From Neocallimastix sp. 'constans' (lineage: Eukaryota), in NCBI GenBank assembly GCA_050613775.1, contig JBODTK010000103.1:124001-188000 (forward strand): a stretch of 64,000 nt of DNA, in the 5' to 3' direction. Both the position numbers and the translations under genes were made by a program. The stretch's first letter is position 1. Every line of letters begins with the position of its first letter. This document shows, in pieces, positions 11,203-25,376 of this stretch. Below the pieces are notes generated by a model. The model made no database searches. It was given only the letters and a program-made list of their open reading frames with translations, and was not told where the DNA came from.

Positions 11203-14044
11203 TTAATTAGAATTTGGTAAATTTGATATAGATTTATCAGAATTAATTATATTTGAAGAGTAATTTGATTGTGTTGAATTTTCTATTATTTGAGAAGGTA
11301 TAAACGATGTAAAGTTATTGATATCATTTGATTTTGATTGAGATGAGACATTAAAGGTTGCATTATAATGATTTCCATTATCATTAAAGCCTTTATTATA
11401 GGTAGGATAATTTTTAGGGTTAGGAGAAACAATGGTGGTTGTAGATGTCAAATAACTAATGTTATGATTTGAATTTCTATCTGATTGAATTAAATTATTT
11501 ATGTTATTCATATTACTCTTATTGTTCATATTATTAATATTATTAATATTATTCATATTATTCATATTATTCATATTATTCATATTGTTTATATTATTCA
11601 TATTATTTATATCATTCATATCATTCATATTATTCATATTATTCATGTTATTCATATTATTCATATTATTCATATCATTCCTATTATTCATATCATTCCT
11701 ATCATTCATATCATTCCTATTATTCATATCATTCCTGTTATTCATATCATTCCTATTATTCCTATTATTCCTATTATTTATATCATTTGTATCATTCATA
11801 TCATTCATATTATTCATATTATTCATATTATTCATATCATTCATATCATTCATATTATTCATATTATTCACATTATTCACATTATTTATATTATTCATAT
11901 TATTCATGTTGTTCATATTTCTCATTTTATTAGCATTATTTATATTATTTATATTATTAATGTTATTAACTGTATTGATACTATTAATATTATTAACGTT
12001 TTCAGTAGAATTTACATTACTTATACTATTTATATTGTTAAGAGAGCTAACATTAGAGTTACTGTTATTATTATTATTATTATTATTATTGTCATTAATA
12101 ATATGTATTGGTGAAGAAGCCGATGATAACAATGGGTTTCCTATATTAATATTTTGCTTATCTTGTTCATTTAATTTATTCTTTAAATCACCATTTTCTT
12201 TCATCAATTCCTTAAACTTAAATTCCATTTGTTCTAGTCTTTCTTGTGCCTTTCTAAGATTATAAAATTCATTCTTTAATTCTTTAAATTCTTTTAATTG
12301 ATTTTCAAGAAATTCATTTCTTTCCAATATAGCTTGCATAGATTTTGTATTACTATTATTTGTTGTATTATTATTATTATTAGTATTACTATTACTTGCA
12401 TTAATATTATTTTCAATATTATTTATTGTTGGATTATTATTTCTATTAACAGTTTCTGATAATGCAGAATTGGCAAATGAAGAAAGATTATTATTTATAT
12501 CAGTTGGTTGAGAATAATTTGTATTTTCATCAACAGTATTAACTGGAACTGTAAATTGTGATGAATTTGTTAAAGTATCTTTTTTATATTTAATTATTAA
12601 AATAAACAATAATAGAATTTAAATTATAATTATTATATAAATGCGTAAAATATATATATATATATAATAATAAAAAATAAATAAATAAATAAATAAAAAA
12701 TAAAAAAAAAATAAAAAAAAATAAAAATATACATATTTTTTATTACCTGAAATTAAATCAATATCAGATTGATCTATATTACTTATTGATTTATCATTTG
12801 ATATTTTTCTCTTTTTTGATTTAACTGATGAATTTCGTGGTATATTATTGGTTGAATTATTATCATTAACTGGATTGAAATGATTAGCAAAATTATTTTG
12901 ATTTATATTTGTATTATTTGCTGTTACCACAATTGTATTTATTATATCCGAACCTTCATTATTATTTACATTTAGTTTACTTCTTTTAGATTTTCTTCTT
13001 TGTGGTGGTCTTAATGATTTTGGAGGTAATAAAGTTTTTCTTGGTGCATGTTTTACTTTTGTTGCATCATTACCATTATTATTTTTATTATTAAGATTCA
13101 TATTCATATTCATATTATTATTATTATTATGAACATTACTATCGATATTTTCGGTAATAGAAGTATTCACCATTGAATTATTTTTAATATCTGAAGATTT
13201 ATTTGAATTTATATCATTTATCGAAGAAAGAGGTTTATTGGTAGGTAATTCATTTATTGGAGATGATGATTGATTTGATAATTCTTCATTAGATGAAATA
13301 GTATTATCTACTGCTAATGAATTTGAATTTTTATTGGTTTTATCATTATTACTAGAATTTGGGACATCATTAATTACTTCATCATTTGTATTGTTGGTCT
13401 CATTTTCCTTTTTATCTTTATTTTCATTTTTAGTTTTGGTTGCATTTCTTTTATGTTTTGTATAGCTTTTTCTTGGATTATTCATTCCTACACAGGGTGC
13501 ATTACCGTTGACTCTTAAATGTCTGTTTAAAGCATCTAAACGTGCAAAAGCACGCTTACAATTTGGACACTGATATGGTTTTAAACCTGTATGAATTGAA
13601 CGAATATGTCTTTTTAAATCATGATGTCTAGTAAATGCCTTTTAAATGTATAATTATTTTAATTAAATACATTAAATATAATAATTATAATAAAAACAAT
13701 TTTTATTTTTTATTTAATTTTAATATACACTATATATCTAAATATTATAAAAAAGATAATTACTTGTTGACAAGTTTCACATTTAAAAGGTCTTTCTCCA
13801 CTATTAAAAATAAAATGAAAATTATTAATTGAAAAATTGAAAAATTTATTTATTTATTTATTGGAAAAAAATATTCATGTATATCGAAAAAAATTTTATT
13901 TATAAAAAAATAAGAAAAAAAAAAAAAAATATATTTTTATTACCTATGCACAAAATAATGACTTTTCAAATTATGCTGGCGAGAAAACGCTTGATTACAA
14001 TGTTCACAAACGTAAGGTCTTTCAGGTGTTGCTCCTACATTCAT
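11203..14044 (-). CDS. C2H2 zinc-finger transcription factor (three N-terminal fingers, Crz1/CrzA-like finger array) with Asn-rich C-terminus; 4 exons approx. 14044-13944, 13800-13764, 13638-~12734, ~12578-11203
   Basis: Manual splicing at GT-AG sites gives MNVGATPERPYVCEHCNQAFSRQHNLKSHYFVHSGERPFKCETCQQAFTRHHDLKRHIRSIHTGLKPYQCPNCKRAFARLDALNRH, continuing in frame into ORFs 12619-13485 and 11203-12609. Confidence 0.85.
11500..11990 (-). repeat. Coding 9/18-bp minisatellite encoding NNM/NDM/NNR repeats
   Basis: Repeated attcatatt/atcattcat units within the last exon of the zinc-finger gene. Confidence 0.85.
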
Positions 14045-15830
14045 TTTCACTTAATTTTAATATAAAATATACCTATATTTAAATATTATTAATTATTAAT
14101 AATATTATATATATTTAAATAAAAAAATATTTTACGATAAATTTATATTAAAATTATTATTTAATAATATTTATATTAAAACCATTATCTTTCCTATCAA
14201 AAACTCTTTTATTTTAATATATTAATTATTATTTTATAAATTTTATAATTATTCTATTAAATTTTTTACATGTATTGTTTTATTTTTACTAATAAATTAT
14301 GTAGAATAATACTAAAAGAAATTTGTAATTATTAAATAATAGGAATAAATTAAGAAAATTACATAAATTCATAAAAACAAATATTTATATAAAAAACAAG
14401 TAATAATAATAATAATAATAACATACAAATTTATTTTTAAATTTTTTTTAAGAAATTCCATTGTATATATATCGTATTTTTATAAAAATACTATTTTAAA
14501 TTTTATATCATACAGAATAATTGAAATTTGATTTAAAAATTTATAATCTTTTAATTTCAAAAATTGTATTTATTTTAAATAATAAGAATTTTATTTTTAT
14601 ATTATTGATAATGAAATATATATTTATATATATAAATTAAAAAAAAAAAATTAATAAAATAAAAAATAAAATATACTGTTATAATTATTATTTTAATTAT
14701 AATATTCTATATATTTTAAATTTTTAATAAAAAATTAAAAATTTTTAAATATAGAAGAAGAAAAAAAAAAAAAAAAAAAAAAAAAAACGTTTTTTTTTTT
14801 TTATTGAACTTTTATAATATTTATTTATTTATTTATTTATTTATTTATTTTTTTTGACAATTTAATAATTAAAAAAAATAATATTTACAATTATATATCA
14901 AATTATATTGCTAAATATATGATATTATATTTAGTAGTAATTAATTTTATATTTTATATTTATAATTTATTTTTATTTTATTTATTTACATTAAAGTGTG
15001 GCAGAGTGATGGCTTATATTACTTAAGAGAAATACGTGGCTTGTCTAATATATTAATATTAGATTTATTAGATTTTTAATAAATATTAGTATTATAGTAA
15101 ATAAAATCAAATCCTAAATTAGCCATTAAAAAGGTTAAATTAGGAATACAAATACATTAACAAAATAACAAAAAGTTTAATGTATTATATATTGCTAAGC
15201 TATATAATAATAAATAAATACATATATATATACGTTTGAATATATATTAAAAGGGTAACAAATTATATTTCAAGATTTTTATATTTTTTTTTTTTGTTTA
15301 AAATAAAAATGAACAAATAAAAATTAAATACATATATAGAAATATATTAAATTTTTTTATGAAGATTTGATTTTTGTAGTTTGAAGCCTATGGTGGTGGT
15401 GGATCCATATAAATTATAGATTAATGATATTTTAATAATTGAAAACTTAATAATTAAAGAATAATAAATAAATACTTCAATATTTTAAATATTTCTTTTC
15501 TTCTATTATATAAATTTTAGTAAAAGTTAATATAAAATGATCTTTAATTTCTTTTTAATATTTTGATTTTTTTTTTTTTATATTTTAAATTCTTACAAAT
15601 AATTAGTTTTTAATAACTTAAAGCCACTTTTTAGTTTTACATTTCATTTTTTTTTTTTTTTTTTTTAACAGTCACAATTATTGCTAAATTTATACTTTAC
15701 ATTTCATCATATCTTTTACATTTTATCATATTTTTGTTTGATTATAATCAAAGTCTCTTATTATTAAAACATATTTATTAAAAAAAATAATATATAATAT
15801 AATATATATATTAAAAAATAAAATAAATAA

Positions 15831-15868
<38 letters not shown>

Positions 15869-16557
15869 AATATAATTACGTTTATCTTCTTAGATAATAT
15901 ATTTAATATAATTTTATTTTATATAAGTAAATAATAAGAGTTAGATTTATTTATATATTTATAAAAAAAAAAAATTAGTTATTTATTTTTTATAATTTTT
16001 TGTAAAAATATGTTATTAATATAGTTAAAAAAATAGATTATATATTTAATGTATTAATAAATAATTAATGTATGAATAATGTAAATAATTTATGATCTTT
16101 ATACAATTAAAAGGTCATAAATTATTTACATTATTTAAAAGTATGTCTGGATATGATTTTTTTTTTTTTTATTCATGATATCATTTAATAATTATATATT
16201 TGAATAATATTTAATATTAAAGATTTTGATTTTTTTTTATTGTCAATATTTAAATTATTATTATTATTATTATTTTTTTTTTTCATTATAAATTATAAAA
16301 ATAATATTATATTATTGCTTAGATTGTTATCTTTTTAATTATTTTTATGATCATTATTTTTTTATTTATTTCTTTTTTCTTTTTTGATCAGTGGTTCTAA
16401 TTATCTTATTGATTTGATAAATATGTATAAATAAAACAATAATAATAATTATTGAAATTATTTTTAAGAACAAAGATATATTTTAATATTACAAAGTAAT
16501 TAATTATTATTTAATAATTTTTTTCATAAATAATAATTTAATAATATAATTATTGTC

Positions 16558-16596
<39 letters not shown>

Positions 16597-16819
16597 ATTA
16601 TGATGATTTAATTATATTGACATCTGTTTATTTAAAAAAATTTTTTAAATAACCATGTAGATATATAAACGAATAATTAATATATTGTAATTTTATAATT
16701 TTCATTTAATTTTAATAAAAACTTTAATAATTGTTTTATATCGATATAATTTCATTTATGCTTTCTTAAATATGTTAATATTGCTTATATATATTTATTT
16801 CTTATATATTATTGATGAA

Positions 16820-18545
16820 TTAAAAGTTATTAGAGGGATCGTTGTATCCAGTAATAAAACTAATTGGGAAAACACCAACTTCGTTAGTAATAATATTTTT
16901 GCCATAACTCCAACCATCATTATAAACTTCAATAATTTCAATAGAATCACCAGAATTTATTCTTAATTCATCGTTCATATTTGGACTGAATGAAAATTGG
17001 GCTTTGTGAGTAGTACCAGGTTTAATTGGTATATTGTTTACTCTATTAATGATAACCTTATGTGAAATTTGTCCTACATTGGTAATTTCACCATTCATCA
17101 TTGAAGGATTGTTATAATCTTCTAATGGTACTTCAGGTACATCACTAGTGACAGTTGGATGTCGTAGACTGGAATGATTACGAATTGGTTGAATAACTTC
17201 CTGTTGTGGTAATGGATAATCATTAATCATGATTCCATTATTAATACTATTAGGTCTCATATCATCAACAAAACTATTTCGATAGTTTTGATAATTATCT
17301 TGTTGGTATTGATATTGGTTACTAATATCTATTCCAACATTATCATATTGAGGTTGCTGTGATTGATAATATTGCAGATTTTCATTAATACCATAAATGG
17401 TTCTTGCAACTGGAATAGTTGCTTCATTTTGATTATAATACATGCTCTCAACCATAGGATCTTCACTCATTTTACTTTGAGGATTAAGATGATCAGAAGA
17501 GTCTACATTTAATACTGGATTTGGATAGTCTTCACTCGATTTAGGACGCTTTGATAATTTTATTAAAATTAGAATGACAACACTCCAAACAATAATTACA
17601 CCAACTATTATAATTTAAAATATATAATATTTTTTATTTATATATATATATGTTTTAGAGATAAAAAAAAGAAATTATTAATTAATATTTTTTTTTATTG
17701 ATATTTTAATTTTTTTATAATATTGAATAAGGATTTTAAAATTAATAAATTTTATAAAATAAATTATATTCATTTTTAAATTAACAAATTTAGAGAATTT
17801 AATTTTACTGTATAATTTTCAATAGTAAAGCTAAAAAGAATGATAAGAAAAAAAAAAAAAAAAAAAAAAACTTACCAATAATAAGTGCTGCTATACCTCT
17901 TGATAAACCGCCTTTATCATTTTTTTGATTTAAGGTATTAGTGCTTGTTTTAATAGCATTAATTGCGTTACTAGTATTATTATTACTAGAACTAGTATTA
18001 CTTGAATTAGAGCTATTATCAATACTATCTTTAATGTTATTATTATTGTTACTAGTTTTTGAATTATTATCATTACTAGAATTATTATTGTTATTGTTAT
18101 TATAATTATTATTAGAATTAGAATTACTATGATTAGTTGATTCATGTGAACTTGTTCTATTTGGGGTATCATCAGTTTTAGTTTTAATATCTTCATTATT
18201 GGAATTATTTACACTAGTTTTCGTTTCTTGATCACTAGGAGGACTAATTGTTTTGTCTGGTTCTTGTTCAGGTAATGTCGTTGGAGTTGAAGTAGTTATT
18301 TCTTGCGATGGTGTTGTAATTATTGTTTCAGTAGGTTTGGTTGGTTCAGGAACAGTTTCATCTGGGGTTGATGGAGTAAGATTATTTGTAGGTGAATTTA
18401 CCTCTTCTCCACTGTTTGATGTTACTGCTATAGTATCATCTCTTTTTATTTTCCTATTAAATTTATATTCATAAATATCACTTGCTTTAACATTAAGTAC
18501 TAATATTATTATAAAAAAATATATATATGCTTCAAGTATTTTCAT
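16820..18545 (-). CDS. Single-pass type I membrane protein with signal peptide, Ser/Thr/Pro/Asn-rich ectodomain and cytoplasmic C-terminal SH3 domain; exons 18545-17876 and 17604-16820
   Basis: Signal peptide MKILEAYIYFFIIILVLNVKA; TM helix GIAALIIVGVIIVWSVVILILI formed across the intron and followed by KLSKR; SH3 motif FSFSPNMNDELRINSGDSIEIIEVYNDGWSYG...VGVFPISFI. Confidence 0.85.
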
Positions 18546-18626
18546 ATCATTTATATATCTTTGAAAAAAAAACTTTTTTATTGAATTTTTTTCCTTTTCA
18601 ATTTTAATTTTATTTTATTTTATTTT

Positions 18627-18658
<32 letters not shown>

Positions 18659-19492
18659 TTTTTATATATCCTTAAATTATTCTCTTTTTATATGATAAAT
18701 ACAAATATGTATAAATGATTATTTAATATTCCTCGTTGTTTTTTTTTTTTTAAAAAAAAAAAAAAAAGAAAAAAAGTATTAATATAAAAATTTTCTTGCT
18801 ATTCTATAATTCTAAATTTAATAATTAACTTTTTTAGTATAAATATTGAATGGTATAATATACATGCTAAAAAATATATATATTTATTTAATAATTAATT
18901 ATTATAATTATTATATCATAAATATTTAATAATATATAATAATTGATTTTTGATTTTTTTTTTTTTTTTTTTTTTTTGATTTTTTTAATATTCTATTATT
19001 TAATAAAATAAATAAAATAATATAAAATAAAATTATAAAATTTTTTTAATTAAAAAAAGATAGGATTAATTACTTTTTGATATAAATATATTAAAAGAAT
19101 AATCTATTCATTTCTTTTATATAAAATTAATTTATATACTTCATTATTACTCATAAAATTACTACACTATAATATAATATGTATTTTAAACTTTAAAAAA
19201 AAAAAAATTCAAAATATTATTAATACTATGTATCTATCAATTATTAATTATTGATAATAGTATGTTGGTTTGATTTTTTAAAATAAATGTTAATTACACA
19301 ATATAAAAATTTTTGATTAAAAGATATATTGGATATTCAACATTAATAATATCTTTATAGATTAACAATAATTAATACTTGATTTAAATATTTTTCATTA
19401 TTTAATATGATTTACATAATATCTTTGTGTATGCTATTTTTATTATTAGTAAAGTAAAGAAAATTAAATATTACTTATACTTTAGAAATATT

Positions 19493-19529
<37 letters not shown>

Positions 19530-21215
19530 ATTAGTAATAATTATATATATTATATATTAAAATCAAATGGCTTAAAAGCTTTTTTTTCATTTTGACTAAA
19601 ATAATTTTAAATAGTATTTCAATTTCAATATTATTTATATATAATTAATAAAAATTGTATATATATTTCATGTGTGTATAATTTATATAATTTTAATTAC
19701 ATAATGATATAAAAAATTAATTAAAAAATTTAAATTCAGTTTTCTAATATTTCTTTATAATATATAATGACATTTAGAGATATAAAAAAGAAAAAAAAAA
19801 AACTTTAAATATTCTTAAAGATATATAAGCCTTTTTAATTTTTAAATATTTTTTTTATTTATATTTTAAATACTTTTTATAGGTTCAATAATATTTTATT
19901 TTTTTAAATATATATATAATGAAAATTTCAAAAATATTTCTTTTTTTAAATAAATACTTTATTTTTAAATAGTGTTTGATTTTTAAATAATATTTTTTTG
20001 TATATTTATTATAAAGCCTTTTTAATTTTTAAATGTTTTTTTTATATTTTTATTTTAAATATTTTTTATAGATTTCAAGAATATCTCATTTTATTTTAAT
20101 ATTAAAATATAAAGAAATTTTCAAAAATACTTTAAAAAAAATAAAAAAATATTCTTTGAAAATAAATATGAAAAGAATAATAAAAATAGAAAATTCTTTA
20201 ATTCTAATTTGATATTATGTATTATAAAAAGATTGCTTCTTAATTAATATAAGTATTATATATATATGTTTTTTTTACTTTCGGTGTTTACCCATTTTAG
20301 CCCTGGTCACAATACTTTCCTATGATTTAGTATGGATATTATTATTTATAGAATATAAATAAATGGTTAACAAAGATTTATTTTAAAAAAATTAAAAATA
20401 AATATAAAAAGATAATAAAAAAATAGAAAAATCGTTAATTCTAAGTTGACATTATTTATTATAAAAGATTGTTTCTTAATTAATATAATAAAATTATTAT
20501 TATTTATAGAATATATAATAAATGGTTAACAAAGTCTAAGTACAGATAAAATTACATGCTTGTATATTTAATTGTGGCTTGTTATAGATACATATTAATT
20601 TATATTTGATTTGTATTTAAAATATATTTAATGTAATTTAATATTTTATTAATTAATCTTAAATTTTTTTTTATTTTATAAAAACTTTGAATATGTATCA
20701 TTTTGCTAATGTGCATTTCCTAATGTGGCTTAAATTTTTTAATTAATTGCCACTTTATATAATTTTTTTAACCAATAAATAAATAAATAATTAAATAAAT
20801 AATATAAATCATTTTTGAAATAAGTCAAAAATATTTTATTATAAAATATTTGTAAATAAATAAATAATAAATAATAAATAATAAATATTAAATATTAAAT
20901 AATAAATAATAACAAATAATAAATATAAAAAATAATAAATAATAACAAATAATAAATAAATAAATAAATATTTTATTATTCTAATTAAAAAAATTTAATA
21001 ATTTACACTAATTTTTTATTCAAAATAAATATAAATATTTCAAATATTAAGTAGTAAAAAAATATTTTCATATATTACTATGATATTAAAAAATTATTTA
21101 TTATTTAATTATTTATTCTGAATTATAAATAATTTAATATAAAAAATAAATTACTAAATAACTAAATATATGATTATAATTTTATTTTATTTATTGTTAA
21201 AAATTTTTATTGGAA

Positions 21216-22630
21216 ATGGAGGAAAATATTAGAATTGAAATAAGTGAAACAAATAGGGGAAAAAAGCAAATTATTATTAACGGAAAATATAAATTTAATT
21301 TTTCAAATGAAAAGAAAGATAATTCAAAGCTATACAGATGCATTGAGTATAGAACTTCAAATAAATGTAAATCTTTTATTATTTTAAATGATAAGATGGA
21401 GATTTTAGAATATGAAAGTCAAATAATCATCTTGAAATAGAATACGAAGCATCTAAATCAATAGTAAAGCATAAAATCGAAGAAACAATAAGAAAAAGTC
21501 CTTTTTCTTTGGATATTAGACCAAAACGTATATTTAATGAAATTTCTCGGGACATGGGATTAATATGTCCTGAATTTAACTCCATTAGAACCCAAATAAT
21601 AAGAAGTCAAAATAAGCAATTACCTCCTGACATAACAAGTTTTAAAGAAATTCCGGAGGAATCAGAATATTATAAAACAGAAAATGGTGATAATTTTATG
21701 ATATTCAAAAATCCTAATTTAATAATTTTTCAATCTCCATTCCAAGCAAAGTTATTCACACAATGTAATGAAGATATATTTTCAGATGGTACATTTTATA
21801 TTGCCCCAAAATTTAGTTATCAAGTGTTCATTACTAGAACATATATTAAAAAAATAAATAGTTTTTACACTACTTCCATTTCAATATTAAAAGATAAAAA
21901 GCAATTCACTTACGAAACATTATTTAAAGAAATAAAAAAAATACAAGTAAATTTAGTAACAATATAATTATTTCTCCAATTAATTATCATTGTGACTTTA
22001 AAAAAAATTCATATCAAATGCAGCAAAAAAAATTTTTCCTCATATAAATATCAAATTTTGTGTTTGACACTTTAAAAGATCATTAGAAATTCAAAAAAAC
22101 AGATTATGTTCTAATGAAATTGATAATAATAATAATTTATATACTTATTATAGAGCTATTTCGAATTTTCCATTTATTAACCCTATTTATATACCACGCG
22201 TTTACTCAAAAATAAAAAATACATGCAAAAAAAAATGAATATAATAATTTTTTAGAATTTTTATAATATTTTAATATCAACTATTTAAATAAATATTATG
22301 CAAATAACTAGTATTATTATAGCAATATAGAACACATTACAAATAATGCATCAGAATCTTTTAATAATTATTTAAATAGCCTTTTCCCAAAAAAAACCCT
22401 ACTTTTTATAAATTAATTATATCATTAAAGAAAGAAAAAGCCTTGTCGTATAATGATTACGAAAGGAGAATTAGAGGTTTTTTTTTAAAAAAAATAAAAA
22501 CCATTAATAGAACTGATGAAATCAAGGCAATAATTGAATGTTATAAAAATAAGGAAGAAAAATTAATTTGTATTGGATGATGATGATATAGTTGAATTAT
22601 GGTACGATTGTTTAACGCATTTAAATAATA
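21216..22630 (+). pseudogene. Mutator/MULE DDE transposase pseudogene
   Basis: N-terminal FLYWCH/WRKY-like segment (LYRCIEYRTSNKCKSFI), FSDGTFYIAP (first catalytic D), HCDF, KFCV*HFKRSL (CxxH) and TNNASESFNN motifs; interrupted by frameshifts and stops. Confidence 0.85.
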
Positions 22631-22779
22631 TAAAATACTAATTTTAAAAATTAGTATTTTTCTAACCTTTTTTAATCAAGATTATAATTTTAAAAGATAT
22701 TATTTTTCAGTTTTTTTTATAAACTGAATTATAATTAAAACTGTTCCATTTGATAAGTTATTTTTTTATTAATATCAAT

Positions 22780-22912
22780 ATTATATTATATAGTTTTTTT
22801 ATTATTAATATCAATATCAATATTATATAGTTTTTTATTATTAATATCAATATTAATATTATATAGTTTTTTATTATTAATATCAATATTAATATTATAT
22901 AGTTTTTTTATT
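22780..22912. repeat. Tandem ~35-bp AT-rich repeat (about 4 copies)
   Basis: tatagttttttattattaatatcaatattaatatta repeated head to tail. Confidence 0.7.
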
Positions 22913-22947
22913 TTATTAAAATTTTAATAATAAAATAAAAGTAAATC

Positions 22948-23310
22948 TTTTTTTTTTTTTTTTTTATTTCCGGTGTGTACCACTCTATGCCCCCCCCTCA
23001 AGACATGGAAATATTAAGGTAGTCACAACACTTTGGTGTGCTTTCGCACAGGTGAATATAGTCCCTACTGGACAGCCTTACTATTTATTCAGTAATTGCG
23101 TTCTAACCATACATATTATTGCTGAGATTTTCTAGCACGATTTTTCTCGGAATGCTTTCTCGTTGCCTAACTCCCTAGAAGCGTGGCTAGGGTAACCTAA
23201 ACCAATGAGTCATGTGCTAGGAATTCCATCGTAAGTATTTTAATGACAGTTACTAGTTCAACCCTCTCAGGCCCACTGTTAGGACAGTATCTAGTCTATA
23301 TTACTTCGGA
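22948..23310 (-). mobile_element. SINE-like/retroposed GC-rich element with poly(A) tail
   Basis: ~340-nt segment far richer in GC than the background, abutting a long poly-T (poly-A at its 3' end on the minus strand); a short degenerate copy of the same 3' end lies at ~20268-20320. Confidence 0.5.
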
Positions 23311-23928
23311 ATTTTATTTTTATTTAAATGTATAATAAAAATAAAAAAAAATTATTTTAATATATTTAATAGTAACTTTTATATCTATTTCATAAATTTT
23401 ATGAATACTATAAAATATATAAACATAAAGGTTATAAAAAAAATTATATTTTTTAAAATTTTATTTAAATATTTATTTTTAAAAAATATTTTATTTATAT
23501 ATTTAATGTAAAGATTTTATAAAACTTCTAATTTTGATTTTTATTTTAATAAAAATATTAAATTTTTTAAAGAATATTTTTTTTTTTTTTATTTTCTAAG
23601 ATATATAAACCTTTTTAATTTTTTAATGCTTAAATATATTTTTTTTATATAATTTAAATATTTTTTATTGATTTCAAGAATATTTTATTTTTTTAAATAT
23701 ATATATAATAAAAATTCCAAAATTATTTTATATAATATTTCATTTTTATATTTATGTTTATTTTAAAAATATATAGAACTTTTAATTTTTATTTTTTATT
23801 AGTATAAAGAATATATTTTTTTAAAGAATATATTATTTTTAATAATATATTATTTTTAAGAATTATTCTATATAAGTCTTTTTAAATTTTAAATATATAT
23901 ATATATTTTATTTTAAATACTTCTTATT

Positions 23929-24249
23929 GGGAGAGTTGCATTTCCCCAAATTGCATTTCGCCAGGTTGCATTTCGCCAAGTGGCGTAGTATTAAAATGTT
24001 GCATTTCGCCAAGTAGAGTATTGATATAAATAAATGAATAAATAAATAAATATTAATTCAAAATATATTTTTTTTAAAATTGTTTTTATGCGATATTAAT
24101 AATATTTAATTTTATTTATTGATTTATTTATTTATTTAATAATTTTCAATTTGGCGAAATGCCACATTTTTTTAATACGCCACATGCTTTCAAAAAAATT
24201 GGCGAAATGCAATCTGGCGAAATGCAATTTGGCGAAATGCCCCACACCC
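23929..24249. mobile_element. MITE (non-autonomous Mutator-like element), 321 bp
   Basis: ~50-bp TIRs (gggagagttgcatttccccaaattgcatttcgccaggttgcatttcgccaa vs reverse complement gggtgtggggcatttcgccaaattgcatttcgccagattgcatttcgccaa); 9-bp TSD cttcttatt at 23920-23928 and 24250-24258. Confidence 0.9.
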
Positions 24250-24973
24250 CTTCTTATTAATTTCAAGAATTTTTTATTTTTTAAAACGAAAAAATCTTTA
24301 ACCCTAATTTGACATTATTTAATAAAATTATTTATTAATTTTTTTATTAAAATTTTAAAAAGTACATTTTCTGAAATGCAGTTTTGCAAAATGCAACACT
24401 TTCAAATTAAATAAATTTTCATGAAATTAATTATTTATTAATTTATTAAAATTTTCGAAACCCTGCAATTCCGAAACTCAATTTTCCAAAATGAAACATT
24501 CTCTATAAAAAAGAAAGTTTACAAATATAACCATTATAAGTATAATTATAATTTTAAATTTCAATATTTTATTTTTATTATTATAAATAAAATAAAAAAA
24601 AGCTTTATTGTTCTAATAAAAATTATGTTAAAAGAATTCCTTTTTTTAACTTTTTCATAAGAATGTGTTTTTAATATAAACATATATCTTATAATATATT
24701 GTATTATATATATACACAAATAAATAAAAAAATTATGAATTCACCTAAATTTACATATTATTTATTTTTATATGTAAAATGTTAAATATTATTACTAAAT
24801 TTTTATTTAAAGAGACAATAATAGAGAATATAATAATTTTTTATATAATATCTGTTTCATTTATAATAAAATATGATAATGAAATTTTTTTTTTTTTTTT
24901 TTTTTTTCAAACTCTAAAATCATAAAACAAATTAATTATTTAAAAAATAAATTATCATAGTATTAATATATAT

Positions 24974-25008
<35 letters not shown>

Positions 25009-25314
25009 CTAACGAATTTATTAATATTAGAATTTATTTTATGTAAAATTTTTCATTTAATTGATTTAAATTTTATATTTAATTATTTAATAAAAAGCAT
25101 TATTATATTCATTTTTTAATTTTAAATTTGTTTTCATTATTTTAACAGTAGAATTATTGCTAATAAAATACATTATTATTATAAAATATTATTTTTTATT
25201 ATATTTTATATATATATATATATATAATTATATATATTATATAAATTAAAATATTTAATAATACATATAATAATTTGTTTTTGGAATTCATTGCTATCAA
25301 TAAAATTTTATACT

Positions 25315-25367
<53 letters not shown>

Positions 25368-25376
25368 GCAAATGCT

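Noticed and set aside
11501..12265. 254-aa hydrophobic plus-strand ORF
   Set aside because: Antisense reading of Asn-rich repeats in the zinc-finger gene.
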